A DNA stretch of 64,000 nt from Octopus sinensis (Eukaryota): NCBI RefSeq assembly GCF_006345805.1, contig NC_043006.1, positions 95,294,001 through 95,358,000 of the forward strand. The letters run 5' to 3'. Within the stretch, counting starts at the first letter, position 1. The number at the start of each line of letters is the position of its first letter. Shown here in pieces: positions 38,761 through 53,086 of the stretch. The translations under genes and the position numbers were made by a program. The notes under the pieces are model-generated. The model was not told the DNA's origin. It did no database searches and saw only the letters and a list, made by a program, of their open reading frames with translations.

Positions 38761-39284
38761 CTGTATATTCGCTTTTACTGACGTTTTTGTTAGATGTGTG
38801 TTTTGAGAAAAATATCATTGGCTTAGACAGTTGCCAAACCAACTTCCCGATTATGTCCCCCCAACACAGAAAATTATTACGGGGCTCCACGGTTTATGGC
38901 ATTGCTATGTACTTGTAATATTTCGTCTATCTGTACACACGCAATATAGTTTAGGAAACGGTTGGAAAAGACAGAATGAAATAAAACCTGAAAGCCAGTT
39001 GATATTGGACGCTATGTGCGCATTGTTTGCAGAAGAATTTGGAAAATATGCAAATGGAATTGTGACAATATGCAGGAAATAAAATATTTTTAGATAAGAC
39101 ATATTTGGTAATCCTTGAATTTGAGAATTAAACTTTATAAATCCGCATTGAGCGTAGTTATACTCAGTTGCCTATAGAGAACAATTTTATTTCTAACTTC
39201 TTTGGCGTAACCAAATCTTTTCATAAGCATGTTGCATAATAAAGATTTTCTATCCTCTCCTCTACATATGTACGTATATATGGC

Positions 39285-39340
<56 letters not shown>

Positions 39341-39994
39341 TAAGTGTGTGTGTATATATGTGTGTATACATATATAAGTATATACGGTTATTTCATACAT
39401 ATACATGTATACATATATATTACATATATGTTTATTCGTGTGTGCGTATGTCTTATTATATGTATATGGTAATGAGTTTTAGGATGATCAAAATTATGAG
39501 AAAGATTCAGCTATCGAATTATACAGTGTAAGGTATATGTCGCCAGAATTTCATTAAGTATAGATGTTTCTTTTTTTTAAATCAATATGATTTGAATCAT
39601 AGACATTACTATTTTGATTTTAAAATACATTTACAATCATTGAAAGAAACAACATTGATTGTCTTAGACATTTTTAATAATGTTACTTTATTTTGATAAT
39701 GTTAATAAATTTTGTCATAAATTTATGTGTGAAAAAAAAGTGATATAAAGATATGTATGAATGATAATTAGGCATGAATATGATTATTTAAATGATATAC
39801 AAAGGGAAATATATTTTATTGAACAGTTTGTGATTTCTGCTGTGCAAACGTCTTCAAAAAGTATCTTAGTGAAACCAACAGAGCATAAGCACACACTCAC
39901 AAAAACTCACGAAGGCTGGCGCACAAGTTGCGTCATACGTCCAGGGTCATAACCACGTATTCCCATACGTATAACTACAAGTTATACGAAGCAC

Positions 39995-40485
39995 ACACGA
40001 GTGTGTGTGTGTGTGCTTGTGTGTGGGTTTGTGTGTGTGTGTATGCATGTGTTTGTGTGTATGTGTGTATGTATGTGTGCTTGTATGTGTGTATGTCTGT
40101 GTGTTTGGATGTGTGTTTGTGTATGTGTGTGAGTGCTTATGTGTGCTTGTGTTTGTTTGTGTCCTTGTGTGCGTATTTGTGTTTGTGTGTGTGCGTATAT
40201 GTGTGTTTGTGTTTGTGTTTATGTGTGTGAGCATGTGTACGTGTGTGTGTATGTCTTTCTGTTCGTGTGTGCGGGTGTGTTTGCGTATTTGTGTGCGCGT
40301 GCTTGTATGTGCGTGTGCTTAATTGTGTCCGCGTGTGTGTTTGCGTTTGTGTGTGCATTTGTGTATGTGTGTGTGTGTGTGTGTGCGTGTGTGGGTTTGT
40401 GTTTGTGTGTGTTTGTGTGTGTGTTTGTGTATGTGTGTTAATGTTTATGTGTGTGTTCGTGTGTATGTGTGTATGTGTGTGTAGA
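39995..40485. repeat. Cryptic (TG)-rich simple repeat
   Basis: Direct. Confidence 0.95.
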
Positions 40486-41421
40486 ACTGGAAGGAGAGGA
40501 AGTATCAGGCGAGAGTGAAGCTGAACGAGAAATCAATTTGAAGAACAAAATATCACTGATGAAATGAGTACATAAATACGTTTGTTAATCAAATGGAAAT
40601 TGATAAAGTATTTGAAAAGTCTGTGGAGGTTACGTAATAAGATATACAAAAAGATAAGAAAAGAATACGTTTGAAATGGACAGAGACAAACATGAAAACC
40701 GGGTACAATTTACGGTTAAACCACGGAGGAGATTAGCTATAAGACCAAATACACAGGAAAATATCGCAACATATTAAACAGTCAGGGTTTGTTTTAAGAG
40801 AAAACGTTGAAAGCAAAGGTTGAAGAGGAAATCAAATTCTGGGAATACACCTATGTCTTAAAGATTATCTTTTTTACAAAGGAAATGTGCTTAGATGGTG
40901 AATTATTAAATCCAGTAGTGATTTCTAGAGGTGTAATAGACGGAGCAGAAAATACTGGAGAAGTGGAAGAGAACTAGTATCGTGAATCACGTGAGTAGGT
41001 CAAAGAAGCTGGAAGGGAGGTGGAAGGGGATATCATATATGAAGAAATTAAAAAATGTGTGCGTTGTGTGCATGCATGCAGGTGCAATAGATCCTCTGTA
41101 TGTATGTGTGTCAGTGTGTGTGCTTGTCTACATTAGCGGGTTAAAAAAGTTGATGACGGGGACAGGGAAGGGGTGATAGTCGACTGAAATGTGTGCATGC
41201 ATGTGTATGTGCGTATGAGTGTTTGTGCGTGTGTGTGCGTAAGCGACCTAAAGATCCAGAGGCAAAGGCTAGGGAATATTTATCAACCAGGCGTGAAAGC
41301 ATTAAGTACAATTATCAAAGCAGGTGGTTGGAAGGGGAGGAAATGAATGAGAAAAATCGTTTGTGAGGGCAAGTAGGAGAGTGGCTGAATGTACGTTCTA
41401 GTGCCGCGGTCTATAATATAT

Positions 41422-41491
<70 letters not shown>

Positions 41492-41743
41492 AGTGTGTAT
41501 GTGTTTGTTTGTGTCTATCTTGACCTGGACATAGAATAGATATGTATCGGTATGTACACCATAGAAAGATGACGTTTATGCGGATATGTATAAACATAAC
41601 ATACATACATACATATATAATCCAGATATATATATGTGTGTATGTGTGTGTAAGTATGTATATATATATATATATATATATATAGGTATGTATTTTGATA
41701 TAATATAATATATGAATGCATATATACACATACATATAGCTAT

Positions 41744-41794
<51 letters not shown>

Positions 41795-41930
41795 GCATAT
41801 ACATTCACATATAAATACATATATATAGATATACCTATATATTTACACGCATCTACATATGTATAGATACAGGTATTTACATAGAAATATATATATATTC
41901 TTTGATATTTTACGCGTGTGGTAGTATGTA

Positions 41931-42016
<86 letters not shown>

Positions 42017-42084
42017 TATATACATATATATAATATATAAATATCTATACATACATACATGTATACCTATTCATATATATATAT

Positions 42085-42130
<46 letters not shown>

Positions 42131-42899
42131 TATACGCATGTATGTCTTTCGCAACAGTTAAGGTGGCAGTCCTTTGCTTGCTTATTTTATTTATTATTTT
42201 TTTGGGGGGGGGGTTTCTTATAGAGAATATTCCAGCAATATTTTCGAGGTCGTTCTTTAATCTCTCTCGCTCACCATAGTTACACATCTCATGACACAGC
42301 ATCCTGCTTAGCCAACTCGCTGATAATGCTTTCTCGTTTATATTCTTCATGTTTTTAAGTCCTCGTAATTTTTTTCCTCTATCTCCGATACGCTCTATGC
42401 TTGGTTTCCAGATTAATTGTCTTTAAAACTATTCAGTTGATCCTTTGATGTTCCTATCATATTTTTTATTGCATCAAACGTGAAAGAGAATATTATAACG
42501 AGTACTATTGATTTTCTGGTAGGTAATTCGGAAGTACACCCACCCAAACATTTATATGGAGAACAGAGACCTGTATTTATCTATCTATCTATCTCCCCCT
42601 CTCCCTTTGTATATATATATATATATATATATATACAGTCTATATTCATAAATATGTGTATATACAAATATACATATATATATATCTACCTATTTATCTA
42701 TCAATGTACACACATACACTCACACACACACATACATACATACATAAATATTTAGACACATGTATTTGTGTGCATGAATGTATACATTTATGTATGTTTA
42801 TATATATATACATCTTTATGTTAGTATATAAATTTTTACTTATTTATATATTAAATGTGTGTGCGTTTGTATGTGGGTGTGTTTGCGTATGTATGTATC

Positions 42900-43056
42900 A
42901 AACATGCATACATACATAAATACATACATGCTTATATACATACATACATACATGCCTACATACATACATACATGCATACATGCATACATACGTACATACA
43001 TACATACATGCCTACATACATACATACATACATACATACATACATACATACATACA

Positions 43057-43086
<30 letters not shown>
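42900..43086. repeat. (CATA)n
   Basis: Direct. Confidence 0.97.
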
Positions 43087-43087
<1 letters not shown>

Positions 43088-43489
43088 TGATGTCGGAAAT
43101 AGAGAAATAAATGTATGCCAAATAAACGAAACTATTTTCTGGCGCAGAGCTCTGCCAGAATGCTTAAAAATAGGAGAAGGAAAATCAATTTTAAATCTCA
43201 AACAGGATAATAAAAAGGGTTGATTGAGTGAAATCTACATTTCGTAGTTGTATCAATTTGTATATATCAATATGGAGGCGTGTATCAGTGTTTTAAATGC
43301 ATGTATATATGTACTTACATTAAGTACGTTGATATATACATGGAAAAGTCACAGATCAATTTTCGGGCAGGTTTATCAGGTTTATGTTCGTCCCTGTGAG
43401 ATTAATCATTATTTCCTTGATATACAGGTGGCTTTAATAATCTGATGCAGCAAATATCGCAAGAAAAGTTTGGTTAATCTAGATAACAA

Positions 43490-44041
43490 GGTCTGAAGTT
43501 ATGGGGAAAATGGCAAGGTGATTACATCGACCTTTGTGCTCGACTGGTACTTATTTTATCGATCCCGAAAAGAAGAAAAGCAAAGACCACATCATCGGTC
43601 TTTGAACCCAAAACGTAACGAGTGGATATAAACGGTGCATTTTTCCGAGGCACTAACGTTCCGCTGCCCCCCCCCCCAATGGTTTTAAAATTTGGTACAA
43701 GGAAACCAGGTTCGTTGCGGGGAAGGAGTAGTCGATTAAATTGATCCCAGTGGTACTTATTTTGTTGATTCCGAAATGCTGAGTGGAAAAGACGACCTCG
43801 GTGGAATTTCAACTCAGAACGTAAAAACGGACCAAATATCACTAAGCATTTTCTCCGGCATGCTAATGGTCCTGTTCAACCACGGCCTTATTAATCATTT
43901 CTGCTATAGGCTCAATGCGTGAACTTTTGAGGGAGGGGGAATAGTTTATTTCATAGACGTCAGCGTTTCACTACCACTTCATTCATCGAACCCGAAAGGA
44001 TGAAAGGCAAAGTCGGCCTCGGCGGAATTTGAACTCAGAAA
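43490..44041 (-). mobile_element. Two or more nested/adjacent SINE family B remnants
   Basis: Repeated ggtacttattttatcgatcccgaaa and gaatttgaactcagaa motifs. Confidence 0.7.
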
Positions 44042-44359
44042 TGTTATAACCGTCGAAATGACGATGACCAGTTTTAAGGTAAGAAATGAATAAGCAGTGA
44101 GACAAAGGATGTTGTAGAGACGAGATTAGTATATGTTCGTTATACGAAAACAAAAAGGTCACGTGACAAGTGCAAAGTCGGAAACGCTGTTCAGATGTCA
44201 ACAACCGTTTTATATGAACAATATCGGTACAAACCAGTGGCGGTCACTTGACGCGCTGAAAATATCAGCCTCATTCCCGTCAATTGCTCCTTTTTAATAA
44301 TCATTGGGATATCTAATAGTGATAGTATGTCTATAGGGTGAGGATTAATTTAAAACCAG

Positions 44360-44375
44360 ATATCATCATCATCCC

Positions 44376-44411
<36 letters not shown>

Positions 44412-45245
44412 TAAAACCATCATCATTGTCATCATCATCACCCCATTCGCCTGCCTCCATAAATATCATTGTCACTACCACCATGACCATCACCACCACC
44501 GCTACCACCACCACCACCACCACCACCACCACCACCACCACCACCACCACCATCCCACCAGTATCACCATCTTTATCATCAACATCATCGTCGTCGTTGT
44601 CATCAGAAGCAGCAGCGTCAGAAGTATATTTGCTGTTATCTTCTTTATCGTAATCTGAAAGTAACGAAACTCCACCACCACCATAACCGTAATCACCATA
44701 ATCATCATCATCATCATCATCAATAGCGTCGCCGTAGCATCAACGTCATCATCATCCTTATATTCATCATCATCACCAACAACAACAACAGCAGCCGCAT
44801 CATTGTTTTCGTAATAGTCACAATCAGCAGTGGCCGCAGCAGCAGCAACAACACTATCATCATTATCATCACGATCACCACCACCACCACGCTCATCATC
44901 ATCATCATCATCATCCTCATCACGACCACGACCACCACCACTACCATTATTGTTTTCGTCCACGCAGTCATAACTATCAGCAACAGCAGCAGCTACAACA
45001 TCATCATCATCTTCTTCGTCGTCGTCGTTGTCGCCATCGTCGTCGTCATCTTCATCATCATCATCATCATTACCCACCACCATCACCACCACCACAACCA
45101 ACCGCATCATTGTTTTCGTCTTCGTAACCATCACCACAATCATCATCACAGCAGCAGCAGCAGCAGCAGCAGCCGCACTATCATCACCATCATCCTTATC
45201 GTCGTCGGCGTCATCGTCATCATCGCCGTCATCGTCGCCCTCGAC
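44360..45245. repeat. Compound trinucleotide tract (CAT/CAC/CAG/CGT/CAA)
   Basis: Direct. Confidence 0.95.
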
Positions 45246-45615
45246 ACCACCCTCTATAATTACGTTTAGCATTATCCTTTTTAATGCAACAATACGTAGA
45301 GAAATTGATTTTCGATTTTAATGGTTTATATCTCAATCTTCCGCTAGAGGAGAAAAAAAAACTTGAAGCATTTATTTCAAGGATCAGCTATTTAATATTA
45401 TATACACCTCAATGATGATATTGATGTTATCGTTCCTTGTTTATACTGATGGTGGTGGAGCGGAGGCGAGCGAAGATTCTGGTGGGTGTATTTCGTTATT
45501 CTTAAAATTATTTTTTGCTATTCAATCTGCCACGGTTTACTAGTTTTCTTAGAGGCGTATTTACTTTTCATACAAATCTCTATTTGGCAGCTAAATATAC
45601 TTACATAAGTGCTTA

Positions 45616-45849
45616 GTACTCCGTCGGTGACGACGATGAGGGTTCCAGTTGGTCTCATCAACGGATCAGGTCCCTCGTGAATTTTAACGTAGTTCTCAGC
45701 GAGGTTCAGCGTGACACGAATTACTGGTACAACATGTTTTTGGACTGGAGCAACGTGAAATGAAGCAATTTGCAGAATACAACACAGCACCGGGAGTCGA
45801 ACTCATGAACTTACGAACCTGAGCCGAATGCCCTAACCATGGAGCTTCA
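45616..45849 (-). mobile_element. SINE family C variant
   Basis: Reverse similarity to 33854-34230 and 52386-52699. Confidence 0.75.
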
Positions 45850-45948
45850 CTCCAAAAATTCTTACATCGATATGTAGGTTCACACATACCTGTTCACACA
45901 AAACAAACACACACTGCCATATATGTATGTATACACACACACACACAC

Positions 45949-46003
<55 letters not shown>

Positions 46004-46189
46004 TGTGTTAGGTCTGATGTACAGAAATTGAATATTGGGGGGAAAAGCCGTCAGAATTTTGGAAAAAAATCTTTATATTTCTTCATTATTATTAGCACTT
46101 TAGTTCCTTTCTCGAACTTGTCAAATAAACTTTTGTGAATGTACAAACAGCTTGTTCATTTATATTAAACAGATGTTTTTTACGGAAAT

Positions 46190-46386
46190 GTACTTGCATA
46201 GCAAGTGACCTGATCTGTGATCGTGTGCTGGAACGAAAACAATTGCAGTGTGGAAGGTGTTTATAAGCCATTTAAGAAGCACAAAATCCGTTAGATTCAC
46301 TTCATCATTTAAATTTAATTTGCCAAAATATTTTCGTCTCTTTAAGACCGAGACCTGTTCACTGACAAAATTCCGTATTGCATCAC
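46190..46386. mobile_element. Single arm of the fold-back element seen at 14475-14751
   Basis: gtacttgcatagcaagtgacctg...gacaaaattccgtattgcatcac. Confidence 0.75.
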
Positions 46387-46614
46387 TTTGTTTAGAAGAT
46401 TACATTGCTTTTGTATTTTTGGGGGTGAGGTTCCATTGACACTGGAGATGAATAGATAGAACTATTAGTAGGTAGAGAGAGGGAGAGAGAGAGAAGGGGG
46501 CCTCTCCCCATTTACCATTTATTTATTTATTTATTGCTGGTCACAATGCACTATGCTTCAGGTTAGCTATCGAACGATGCCACTCTTGGTGGGGAGGCGA
46601 CCATTCCCTTCCTC

Positions 46615-46737
46615 AGTCGCGAAAGGATGAAAGGCAAACTCGGCCTCTGCAGAATTTGAACTCAGAACGTAACGACAGACGAAATACTGCTAAGTATTTC
46701 GCCCGGTGTGCTAACGATTCTGCCAGCTCCCCACCTT
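46615..46737 (-). mobile_element. SINE family B 5' half
   Basis: Reverse similarity to 22791-22900. Confidence 0.8.
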
Positions 46738-46779
46738 ATATTAAATGGTAACAGGTACTTAATATATATTAAATAGCGT

Positions 46780-47136
46780 GGAAGTACAATGGCCCAGTGG
46801 TTAGGGTAGGGGACTCGCGGTCGTAGGATCGCGGTTTCGATTCCCAGACCGGGCGTTGTGAGTGTTTATTGAGCGAAAACACATAAAGCTCTAGATGGCA
46901 CCGGCAGGGGGTGATGGCGAACCCTGCTGCATTCTTTCACCACAACTTTCTCTCACACTTTCGTCCTGTATCTGTTGTACCTGTATTTCTGTGTCACGCT
47001 GAAACTCCCCGAGAACTACGTTAAGGGTAAACGTGTCTGTGGAATGCTCAGCCACTTGCACGTTAATTTCACGTGCAGGCTGTTCCGTTGATCGGATCAA
47101 CTGGAACTCTTGATGTCGTAACCGACAGCGTGCCAC
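46780..47136 (+). mobile_element. SINE family C
   Basis: Similarity to 33854-34230. Confidence 0.88.
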
Positions 47137-49586
47137 GAGTAAACGGTTGTATGGAACACCAATATTAAAGAACCTACAGCGATTTAATTTTCTACTTCGT
47201 TTTTGTATCTGGTTTGCAAGTTTCTTTATGCGAATTCGTGTGTTGGAACAAATTTTGCTGTGTCTAGAGAGAGCCATTATGACAATATTATTAACACAGG
47301 TAGTGGTTCGGTTCCACTTCTTTATTATTAGTCAACTGGCTAAATATAGAAATAAGTAATCGATTGTTTGTTTAAAAAATAAGTAATTTGGTTTGTTCTT
47401 GATCGATCTTTTGGCAAAGCCCTTTCGTCAGTATTTGAACATTTTTAATTGACTTTACTCTTAGTCAATTACGGAGGCTGCGTTTGCCCATCTGATACTT
47501 TGTTGCGTGCGTATGTGATCGTGCCAGTGTGTGCGTGCGCTTCGGGGGACATGTGTGTATGTATTCTTGTGTGTGTGTATGTGTGTGTGTGTATTTCTGT
47601 ACCTGTGTGTGAATGTGTATGCATCGTATGTGTGTCTGTGCAAGCATGTGTGTGTGCGCGTGTGTCTCAGTGTGCATTATGTATGCTTGAGTATGCGTAT
47701 GTTTGTGAGTGATGTGTGTGTGTGTGTGTATGAACGTGTGTCTCTGTCTCCCTGAATGTGTGAGTGTCTGTGCATTTGTGTGTGTACCCGTGTGCTTTGT
47801 GTGTGTATGGTCGCGTATTTCTGTTTCCTTCCATCTGTGTGTACTTTTGTGTGTGTGTGTAATTCTGTACCTGTGTGTGAGTGGGTATGCATCGTGCTGG
47901 TGTCTGTTCATGTATGTGTGTCTGTGCGTGTGTGTCTCCGTGTGCATTATATATGTTTGAGTATGTGAATGCATGGGCATGGTCTGTGTGTGTATGGGCG
48001 TGTCTCTCTGGCTCCCTGAATGTGTGAGTGTCTGCGCATTTGTGTATGTACCGATGTGATTTGTGTGAGTGTATGGTCGCGTGTGTGTGTATATTTGTGT
48101 TTGTGTGTATGCGCATATCTGCCGTACATCCCATTTACTTACCAGTCTAGCAACCACTTTATCTACCAACCTATTTACCTACCTACCTGCCTACATATTT
48201 ACTTGTCCATCTCCACGCACCCATCTCCCGCCATCTACCGATTTACATAATCAAATCAATAACTAACAATAGACATTCTCATTGCATTCTCATTGCAGCG
48301 TCTTTTCCAAGGTTAATCCACGCTTAACACGTGTGCGAACACCGTGTTATATATGTATAAATTTATATACATACATGTGTGAATGTGTATGCGTGTACGT
48401 ATATATATGCATGTGTTTGTATGCGTGTGCGTGATTGTATGCGTGAGTGTATACGCTTGTGTGCTGTAGCTTGTTAATTGTATTTTCCAATGTTAAAGTT
48501 TTATTTTCTCAAATATATAACCACAGGTGAAACCTGCCAAAAGTGACAGCATGATTGGAAACAAAGACACGGGCATATGCGCACATACATACAAACATAC
48601 ATAGGAATATAAGGATAAGTCCACAAGCTATTGCGTGGATCTCATACTTATTTTTATTTTAATGAGGTTCAGCCCATAAAATATTTAGAATTTGTTATAG
48701 TACGAAACATTTTTCTTGTATATGAGATATATATATCTTTGAGTCTAAATCTGAACTGATGGAAAATTAAATCAAATTTTAAAAAGGTTATGAAAAAATT
48801 CTATAATCAAAGGGATACTATCACAGGAAGCCTGTTTAATGAAAACAACAATTGCTGGAATGTGTCATGTTGCCAAGAGTAGATTTGCTTTAGGCTGCTT
48901 CTAATGAATAGTTATGTGAAATTACAGAGAACTAAATGAATGTAAATAGGCAAACGGAATTTTGTTTGAAATTGTTTAATTTTAATTTCAGGAGAGCCTT
49001 ATAATTATGTTTAAATTTGTGCAGAAAACGTAAATGTATTTAGAAAGGACTATAATCATAAAGAAAGATCCTAGATTTTAAAAATTTTAGATGTCGTGTC
49101 GATTTGTGTTAATTTGTTTTCAATGAGAGATGACTAGCATACTGAATTGTTTTTAAAGAGGAGAAAATTAAAATAGTTATTTGCTACGTAAGCTATGCTG
49201 AATTGAAGTTTAAATTAAGAAATTATAGTTTTCGGTTGAGGAGATAATATATTTGTTGAAATTTCGTTTGTTCTATTTCGTTCTTATAATTAAACGGAGA
49301 AAATGATTTTCACCAGAAATATTTTAAAATGTACGAGTAATTTTCACAGAAGAAAACGACAAAACAATTACCATTCCATTAGATAAAAGATCTCAATCGT
49401 GTATTTTGAAAGACTTTTATTTGGTTTCGGTGATCACAAACAAAACATTACGATGTGTGTATTCGAATGATTAGCTCCCACAAAACTTGAAAATCAAGCT
49501 TGAGGAGGGGTGTAACTCGACTAGATCTACTCCACTGGTACTTATTTTATCGGCCTCGTGAAGGGAAAAACCTATCTATATATATG

Positions 49587-49625
<39 letters not shown>

Positions 49626-49721
49626 GTCCCTAATCCTAATGACCTCAAATTGAGACCTATAATAGTAGGTCCTGCATGCGAAAACCACCGCCTCAGTAAC
49701 TTTTTAGATACCCTCTTAAAG

Positions 49722-49905
49722 CTATGATAGATCGTTAGCCACTACACACATTTTTTTCTCTCCTTGTTTTTTTCTGTGTACCTTTCTGTAGTGCGTAGGC
49801 TCGAAACGTAAAAGACTGTTTCTATTCCTGAGCGCTATACTAATACATCTGTTTGTTTTGTACACCACCTGTCTTCGTCTTTTGTTTTTTTTTCGTAAAC
49901 TTTCC
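49722..49905 (+). mobile_element. Short hammerhead-family element inserted into the RT of PLE B
   Basis: Interrupts ...LDTLLK | YIRDDLDMLNH. Carries cttt ctgtagtgc gtag gctc gaaa cg ta aaag at 49782-49814. Confidence 0.6.
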
Positions 49906-51489
49906 TTATATATCAGGGATGACCTGGACATGCTCAATCACCTGCCTAAAACAATAAACAAAAACAACCTACTACTATCCTTCTATGTAGTCAACCTCTA
50001 TTCCAATATCCCCCACAACCTAGGAATAGAGGCAATTCAATTCTAGCTAGAGAATCACGCCAACGAACTCCCACATCACATAAAAAAAGAATTATTGATA
50101 GAAGGGGTTAAATTCATCCTGGAAAATAACTACTTTGCCTTCAAAGACAACTTCTACCGACAAAAATCGGGGACTGCGATGGGTACGCGAATGGCCCCCT
50201 CCTTTGTCAACCTAGTCATGAGATATCTAGAAATCAGTCTGTATCGTAAGGTTCTAGAAAGATATGGCAGCCCTTTCTCCCTCTACATAGAAAAAAACTG
50301 GAAGAGATACCTAGATGACTGTTTCATTCTTTGGCATGAAAATGTAGAGAAACTCAAAGAATTCCAAGCAATTTTAAATGGACTGGACGTAAACATCCAA
50401 TTCCCGATGGAATATAGCCAGCAACAACTCCCCTTACTCGACATCCTCATTAAGAAATCTAATAATGTAATAGAAACAGATATATACTATAAGCCTACGG
50501 ATTCTAAGCAATATCTTCCTTTCAATTCATACCACCTCAGACACACCAGAATGAATATCCCCTTCAATCTAGCAAAAGGGATATGTACTATAGTTTCTAA
50601 TGCAAACACCAGAGACACATGAACTAAAAGATACCCTCATCACCAGGAACTACCCACCTTCACTAACTGACATATGCATTCAACGTGCCCTCCAACTCAA
50701 CATCCAGTAACTCAGACATCCCAAATTAAAGAAAAATTTACGACCAAAAGCCTTACCATACATCTCCACACACAACCCTTTCAACAATGAAGCCTTCGAC
50801 ACCATCCTCCAAAACATACCCCTGCTACAAAAAGACCACAGAATGAACTTAATCCTCCAAACACACATGATCATAAAAAGCAAGAGACAGCCCAAATCTA
50901 TGAAAAGTCTCCTAACACAGGCCGGAATACGCTCATCAGCACAGAAGCCGACAGTAAAAAACTGTGGAATATGCGATTATCTAATTGAGGGATCAGAGTT
51001 CTCCTTCAAACAGATACAACGTTTCACAGTGAAAAGCAACTTCACATTTGCTTCAGAGAACCTGATATACACACTAACCTGCTCTGGGTGTCAAGAGCAA
51101 TACATGGCCAAGCAAAAAATAGTTTACGTAAAAGAATGGCCCTGCACAGATCCCAGATAAAAATTCCCCAAAACAGAAAAATGGCATTCAGCCAACACAT
51201 AGATATTTGCGCCAACAACAAAACTCCAAGCTTCAGGATTTTCCCCCTCTACCAATTCAGGGACGATACAAACTGGAACCAACGAATAAGTAAAGAAACT
51301 CTTTTATTACAAAATGCAGGCCCCTTCTGAACGCGTCAACGGCAAACGATATATCTACCTCGGACTTAGAATAACAAAAATATACACGCAAATATTACAT
51401 CCTAAGAATCCATTGAAAATCACTGCTATAATCCATAACGTGCCAACTTTAAGTCATCCAACACCTCACTACTTTCACTCATTCATATT

Positions 51490-51800
51490 CTTCTTCTTCT
51501 TCTTCATCTTCTTCATCTTCTTCTTCTTCTTCTTCTTCTTCTTCTTCTTCTTCTTCTTCTTCTTCTTCTTCTTCTACTACTACTACTACCCCTTCTTCAT
51601 CATCATCAACATCAACATCATCATCCATCATCATCATCTTCTTCTTCTTCTTCTTCTTCTTCTACTACTACTACTACCCCTTCTTCATCATCATCAACAT
51701 CATCATCATCATCTTCTTCTTCTTCTTCTTCTTTTTGTTGTTGTTCTTCTTCTTCTTCTTCTTTTTGTTCTTCTTCTTCTCCCCCTTCTCCTTTCTTCTC
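51490..51800. repeat. (TTC)n/(ATC)n/(CTA)n tract within the PLE B 3'UTR
   Basis: Direct. Confidence 0.95.
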
Positions 51801-52167
51801 CTTCCTAACTTTATCACTAATGCTTTTTAGTATAACACCTACGCAAATTCTATAAACAAACCTTTCAATAGAAATATTTTCATGAATTGAACAGCAGGAA
51901 CTTCTAGCCACCACTGACCAACGACAATCAAGGCAATCCCAAATTCTTCCTCCCCTTCTCCCACCTCCTCCTCCTCCTCCTTCTTCTTCTTCTTCTTCTT
52001 CTTCTTTTCCTACCAAGAATTCACATGGACCTTGAACCCACAAGAGTAAACAAGAGATACAGAGAAACGCAGAAACAAGGAAAATGCCACTTATATTTGA
52101 ACACAATACAAATATTCTTAAAAAAAAAACATTTCTTTTAATTTTTCTAAATTTAATCATTTAATTG

Positions 52168-52209
52168 TTACAGTTGAAAATGTCTCAATGTCTGAAACCG
52201 GTACTGAAA
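52168..52209 (+). ncRNA. Hammerhead motif, U3:A8 core, decayed stem II
   Basis: ttacag TTGAAAA tgtctcaatgtct GAAA CCGG TA ctgaaa. Confidence 0.6.
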
Positions 52210-52385
52210 TGTTCTTTATAAAATTATTTTAGCATTTTCTATCCTGACTTGTATTTTCATATATATAATTATATAATATATATATATATATATATTATAT
52301 ATATGTGTGTGTGTGTTGTGTGTGGTGTGTGTGGTGTATATATATATGTGTGCGTGTGTATATATATATTATATATATATATAGT

Positions 52386-52699
52386 GAGGCGCGTGGCTTA
52401 GTGGTTAGGGCATTCGGTCATGATCGTAGGTTGTGAGTTCGATTCCCGGCGACGCGTTGTGTCCTTGAGCAGACACTTTATTTCACGTTGCTCCAGTCCA
52501 CTCAGCTGGCAAAAATGAGTTTGTACTTGTATTTCAAGGGTCAGCCTTGTCACTCTCTGTGTGTCACGCTGATTATCCCGAGAACTACGTTAAGGGTACA
52601 CGTGTCTGTGGAATGCTCAGCATTTGCACGTAATTTCACGAGCAAGCTGTTCCGTTGATCGTATCAGCTGGGACCTCGTTCGTCGTAACCGGCGGAGTC
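52386..52699 (+). mobile_element. SINE family C variant
   Basis: A/B-box head with the family C tail. Confidence 0.85.
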
Positions 52700-52921
52700 T
52701 TATGATTATATATATATATATATATATCAACAATTCAGGGTAAAATTAATTAATTAATCAATTCACCAAGTGTTCAGTATGTAAAGGAACATTTATCTGA
52801 GGAAATTTTCTTAAGTAGTAGAAATGCTAAGAAAATTTTTTTTGGCTGCTATTTCTACTGGTTCAGTATGTGGCAAAGTCTAATTATATAAAAACCCTAA
52901 TTATATAATGTAATATATAAT

Positions 52922-52964
<43 letters not shown>

Positions 52965-53017
52965 ATTATATATATATATATAATATATATCTATATATAT
53001 ATATTATATATATATGA

Positions 53018-53084
<67 letters not shown>

Positions 53085-53086
<2 letters not shown>

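Larger units (their letters stand above)
49623..52255 (+). mobile_element. Neptune-like PLE family B, 5'-truncated and decayed; flanked by (TA)n
   Basis: LRPIIVGPACENHRLS, GTAMGTRMAP, WKRYLDDCF and SENLIYTLTCSGCQEQY. Collinear with family A. The 3'UTR is expanded by (TTC)/(ATC) tracts. Confidence 0.9.

Noticed and set aside
44338-45321. 256-aa Asp/Ala-rich and His-rich ORFs
   Set aside because: Trinucleotide tracts stay open in several frames on both strands; there is no complex sequence or splice support.
50600-50640. In-frame TGA in PLE B as selenocysteine (as in Naiad PLEs)
   Set aside because: The TGA arises at a small deletion/frameshift where family A has no Cys, and the domain order is RT then EN, not Naiad-type.
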